Shown here piece by piece: positions 6,981 to 8,487 of a DNA stretch of 8,487 nt. The position numbers and the translations under genes are program-made. The DNA is taken from the IMG/VR virus record IMGVR_UViG_2675903650_000007, positions 1 through 8,487 of that record; one strand, 5' to 3'. How positions within the stretch are numbered: the stretch's first letter is position 1; every line of letters begins with the position of its first letter. Origin of the DNA: a virus. Its lineage: Duplodnaviria; Heunggongvirae; Uroviricota; Caudoviricetes. The notes under the pieces were generated by a model. The model worked only from the letters and a program-made list of their open reading frames with translations. It was not told the origin of the DNA and made no database searches.

Positions 6981-7022
6981 AATAGCATTACTATTTACAG
7001 AATAAAATAGCAGTGCTATTGT
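6981..7022 (+). promoter_or_regulatory. OL-like operator pair with PL-like promoter
   Basis: Second pair of the same 15-bp palindrome, again 25 bp apart: AATAGCATTACTATT (6981-6995) and AATAGCAGTGCTATT (7006-7020). Candidate -35 TTTACA (6994-6999) and -10 TATTGT (7017-7022) with a 17-bp spacer overlap both operators and point rightward. Confidence 0.6.
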
Positions 7023-7199
7023 TTATTCATCACCCACCCTCCCCACAGAACGCAGGGCAATACTTCGAGTTACCAGGCAGTGGTCAGGGGGTAAGTAGCC
7101 AGCCCGAGGCGTAAGAACATGACGGCAGGGTTCAACTTTAATAACTATGCAGCAGGTTTTTGTTCCGCTACCCCGGCGTTAAGGGGAAATGAGGTCAGC

Positions 7200-7352
7200 A
7201 TGGATACTATCGATCTTGGCAACAGCGAATCTCTGGTATGTGGCGTGTTCCCCAACCAGGACGGTACGTTTACCGCGATGACGTATACCAGAAGCAAAAC
7301 GTTTAAAACTGAAGCTGGCGCGCGTCGCTGGTTAACCAGAAACACTGACTGA
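7200..7352 (+). CDS. YdaF/YdfA-like small prophage protein (50 aa)
   Basis: RBS GAGG 5 nt before the ATG at 7200. MDTIDLGNSESLVCGVFPNQDGTFTAMTYTRSKTFKTEAGARRWLTRNTD resembles the ~51-aa first gene of the Rac/Qin PL-type operons as I recall it. The ORF track's longer version from ATG 7119 has no SD. Confidence 0.6.
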   Translation: MDTIDLGNSESLVCGVFPNQDGTFTAMTYTRSKTFKTEAGARRWLTRNTD

Positions 7353-7363
7353 TGAGGTTGACG

Positions 7364-7702
7364 ATGGAATTTAAAGATTTACCTCCTTCAATCCAGGAGA
7401 TTGCAGCACACACACTTCGTCATCGTCTGAACGAACTTGAATTGGAATCGGTAACAAAAAAAGACACTGATAATATGGCTCGTAATGTGCGCGATGCGTT
7501 TACTGGGCTGTTTTCAGATACAGCTTTAAATATCCATGGCACAGAGGATACAGCAAAACAATTTGCAGAAAAAGAAGTGGAAGATCCCAGTTCAAAGAGC
7601 CAGAAACAGCCAAACAACCATGAAATTAACGAACTGCTTCTGGCAACAGGCTTCATAAATATTAACGAATATGAACGCCGTAAAAAAATGTTATCTGATT
7701 AA
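7364..7702 (+). CDS. Hypothetical acidic prophage protein (112 aa)
   Basis: ATG at 7364 with GAGG 5 nt upstream; an in-frame ATG at 7352 overlaps the preceding stop and would add 4 aa. No recognised domain. The 3' end overlaps the convergent gene 7691..7885 by 12 bp. Confidence 0.55.
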   Translation: MEFKDLPPSIQEIAAHTLRHRLNELELESVTKKDTDNMARNVRDAFTGLFSDTALNIHGTEDTAKQFAEKEVEDPSSKSQKQPNNHEINELLLATGFININEYERRKKMLSD

Positions 7703-7885
7703 TCCATCAAGATATCTTTTTAGCATCAGCGTTTCTACGTTATTAAAACCATCAGATTTTAACATAGCTTCGATTCGCTGATTTAAATTGCCAACTAACT
7801 GTTGATACTGAGTAGATGGAAGCATGTGTACCAGCTCCTTGAGAACACAATAACATGCACCAAGTTTTAACTCCTGCTCTGACAT
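7691..7885 (-). CDS. Hypothetical small protein, convergent to the PL-like operon (64 aa)
   Basis: Minus-strand ORF with start ATG at 7883-7885 and GGAGGA 4 nt upstream. MSEQELKLGACYCVLKELVHML.. has no recognised family. The longer ORF-track version (88 aa, to 7957) lacks an SD. Confidence 0.45.
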   Translation of the reverse strand: MSEQELKLGACYCVLKELVHMLPSTQYQQLVGNLNQRIEAMLKSDGFNNVETLMLKRYLDGLIR

Positions 7886-8227
7886 TTTATCCTCCATTGA
7901 GGTTACTGGTTGAGAATGGAGACCTCTCGTGACAGCGTGTGGTCGTGCGCCGGACACGGATAAGAATCCGGCACTGACAGTTTACTGAAAGGATATTTCC
8001 CTGAAAAGTCAGACCATAACGCGAAAGCGCACGGCGAGGTAGCTGGTTCATAGATAGCCTGTCGTTAAATTTTCGTCGACCGTGCGCTTCCGGTTGTGGC
8101 AATCCGCGAAATGGCGCGGCGGTAAGTATGGCTGGGGTTTCCTCCATTGCTCCAGAAAATGCACCGGGTTGTCAGGTTGACCATACGCTTAAGTGACAAC
8201 CCCGCTACAACGCCCTCTGTTATCAAT

Positions 8228-8285
8228 TTTCTGGTGACATTTGGCGGTATCAGTTTTACTCCGTGACTGCTCTGCCGCCCTTTTT
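8228..8285 (+). ncRNA. dicF: DicF-like small regulatory RNA
   Basis: tttctggtgacatttggcggtatcagttttactccgtgactgctctgccgcccttttt matches the ~53-nt DicF sRNA of the E. coli Qin prophage almost base for base, from memory with about one difference, including the GC-rich 3' stem and U-tract. Confidence 0.8.
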
Positions 8286-8290
8286 AAAGT

Positions 8291-8442
8291 GAATTTTGTG
8301 ATGCGGTGAATGCGGCTCAGCGCACGCGGAACAGTTAAAACAAGCGGTCTTTTACGGGCGTAACGGGAATGCTCTGTATCCGGCGTTAATTGTTAACTGG
8401 TTAACGTCACCTGGAGGCACCAGGCACCGCATCACAAAATTC
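8291..8442. repeat. 18-bp perfect inverted repeat enclosing 116 nt, immediately 3' of DicF
   Basis: GAATTTTGTGATGCGGTG (8291-8308) is the exact reverse complement of CACCGCATCACAAAATTC (8425-8442). On a DicF read-through transcript this would form an 18-bp dsRNA stem. Confidence 0.7.
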
Positions 8443-8487
8443 ATTGTTGAGGACGCGATTGTCACGAACGGTGCAATAGTGATCCAC

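Noticed and set aside
7119-7199. N-terminal extension of the ydaF/ydfA-like gene from ATG 7119 (77-aa version)
   Set aside because: There is no SD before 7119, whereas GAGG sits 5 nt before the ATG at 7200, and the 50-aa product matches the expected size of the family.
7145-7656. Minus-strand ORFs 7145..7345 and 7420..7656
   Set aside because: They are antisense to the ydaF/ydfA-like and 112-aa genes and have no SD.
7887-8147. Arg-rich 86-aa minus-strand ORF
   Set aside because: Not called as a feature: the SD spacing is about 2 nt and the composition is unusual. Kept as a finding only because it abuts the 64-aa gene in operon-like fashion.
8443-8487. Start of a dicB-like gene after the inverted repeat
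   Set aside because: No ATG with an SD is visible before the window ends, and the remaining 45 nt do not match the DicB N-terminus as I recall it. Any such gene would begin beyond the window.
1-8487. CRISPR arrays, tRNA/rRNA genes, IS elements or integrase/att sites
   Set aside because: No spaced direct-repeat arrays, no cloverleaf-compatible conserved tRNA motifs, and no transposase or integrase ORFs were seen. The only repeats are the operators, iterons, the 24-bp junction repeat and the DicF-proximal inverted repeat.

Overview
This window looks like the early (immunity + replication + accessory) region of a lambdoid, Rac/Qin-like enterobacterial prophage, in reverse orientation. All calls are from reading the sequence and recalled family knowledge; no searches were run. 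On the minus strand (right to left) a single tightly packed operon runs from a PR-like promoter at ~5848-5877: Cro/YdaS-like HTH (5555..5818), YdaT-like protein in the cII position (5133..5558), an O-like replication initiator carrying an iteron/AT-rich putative origin inside its own coding sequence (4157..5110), a DnaC-like helicase loader (3410..4150), then seven accessory genes. These include a small protein with a ClpX-type C4 zinc finger and two Ea22-like paralogs whose 3' ends share an identical 24-bp junction. Almost every junction is a stop/start overlap (ATGA/GTGA). On the plus strand an XRE-type repressor with no LexA-like peptidase domain (5926..6426) is co-operonic with a small antitoxin and a ParE-family toxin (6444..6925), a three-component repressor-antitoxin-ParE cassette of the paaR2-paaA2-parE2 type. 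This cassette is bracketed by two pairs of 15-bp palindromic operators (AATAGCA-N-TGCTATT) at 5851..5890 and 6981..7020. Downstream are an intrinsic terminator, a PL-like promoter, a ydaF/ydfA-like 50-aa gene, a 112-aa gene, a convergent 64-aa minus-strand gene, a DicF-like sRNA (8228..8285) and an 18-bp perfect inverted repeat enclosing 116 nt. A further minus-strand gene begins at position 7 and runs off the left edge. No rRNA, tRNA, CRISPR array or IS element was seen. The candidate I would rank highest for novelty is the ClpX-zinc-finger protein between the Ea22-like paralogs; the TA-in-immunity-region arrangement is striking but matches a described system.
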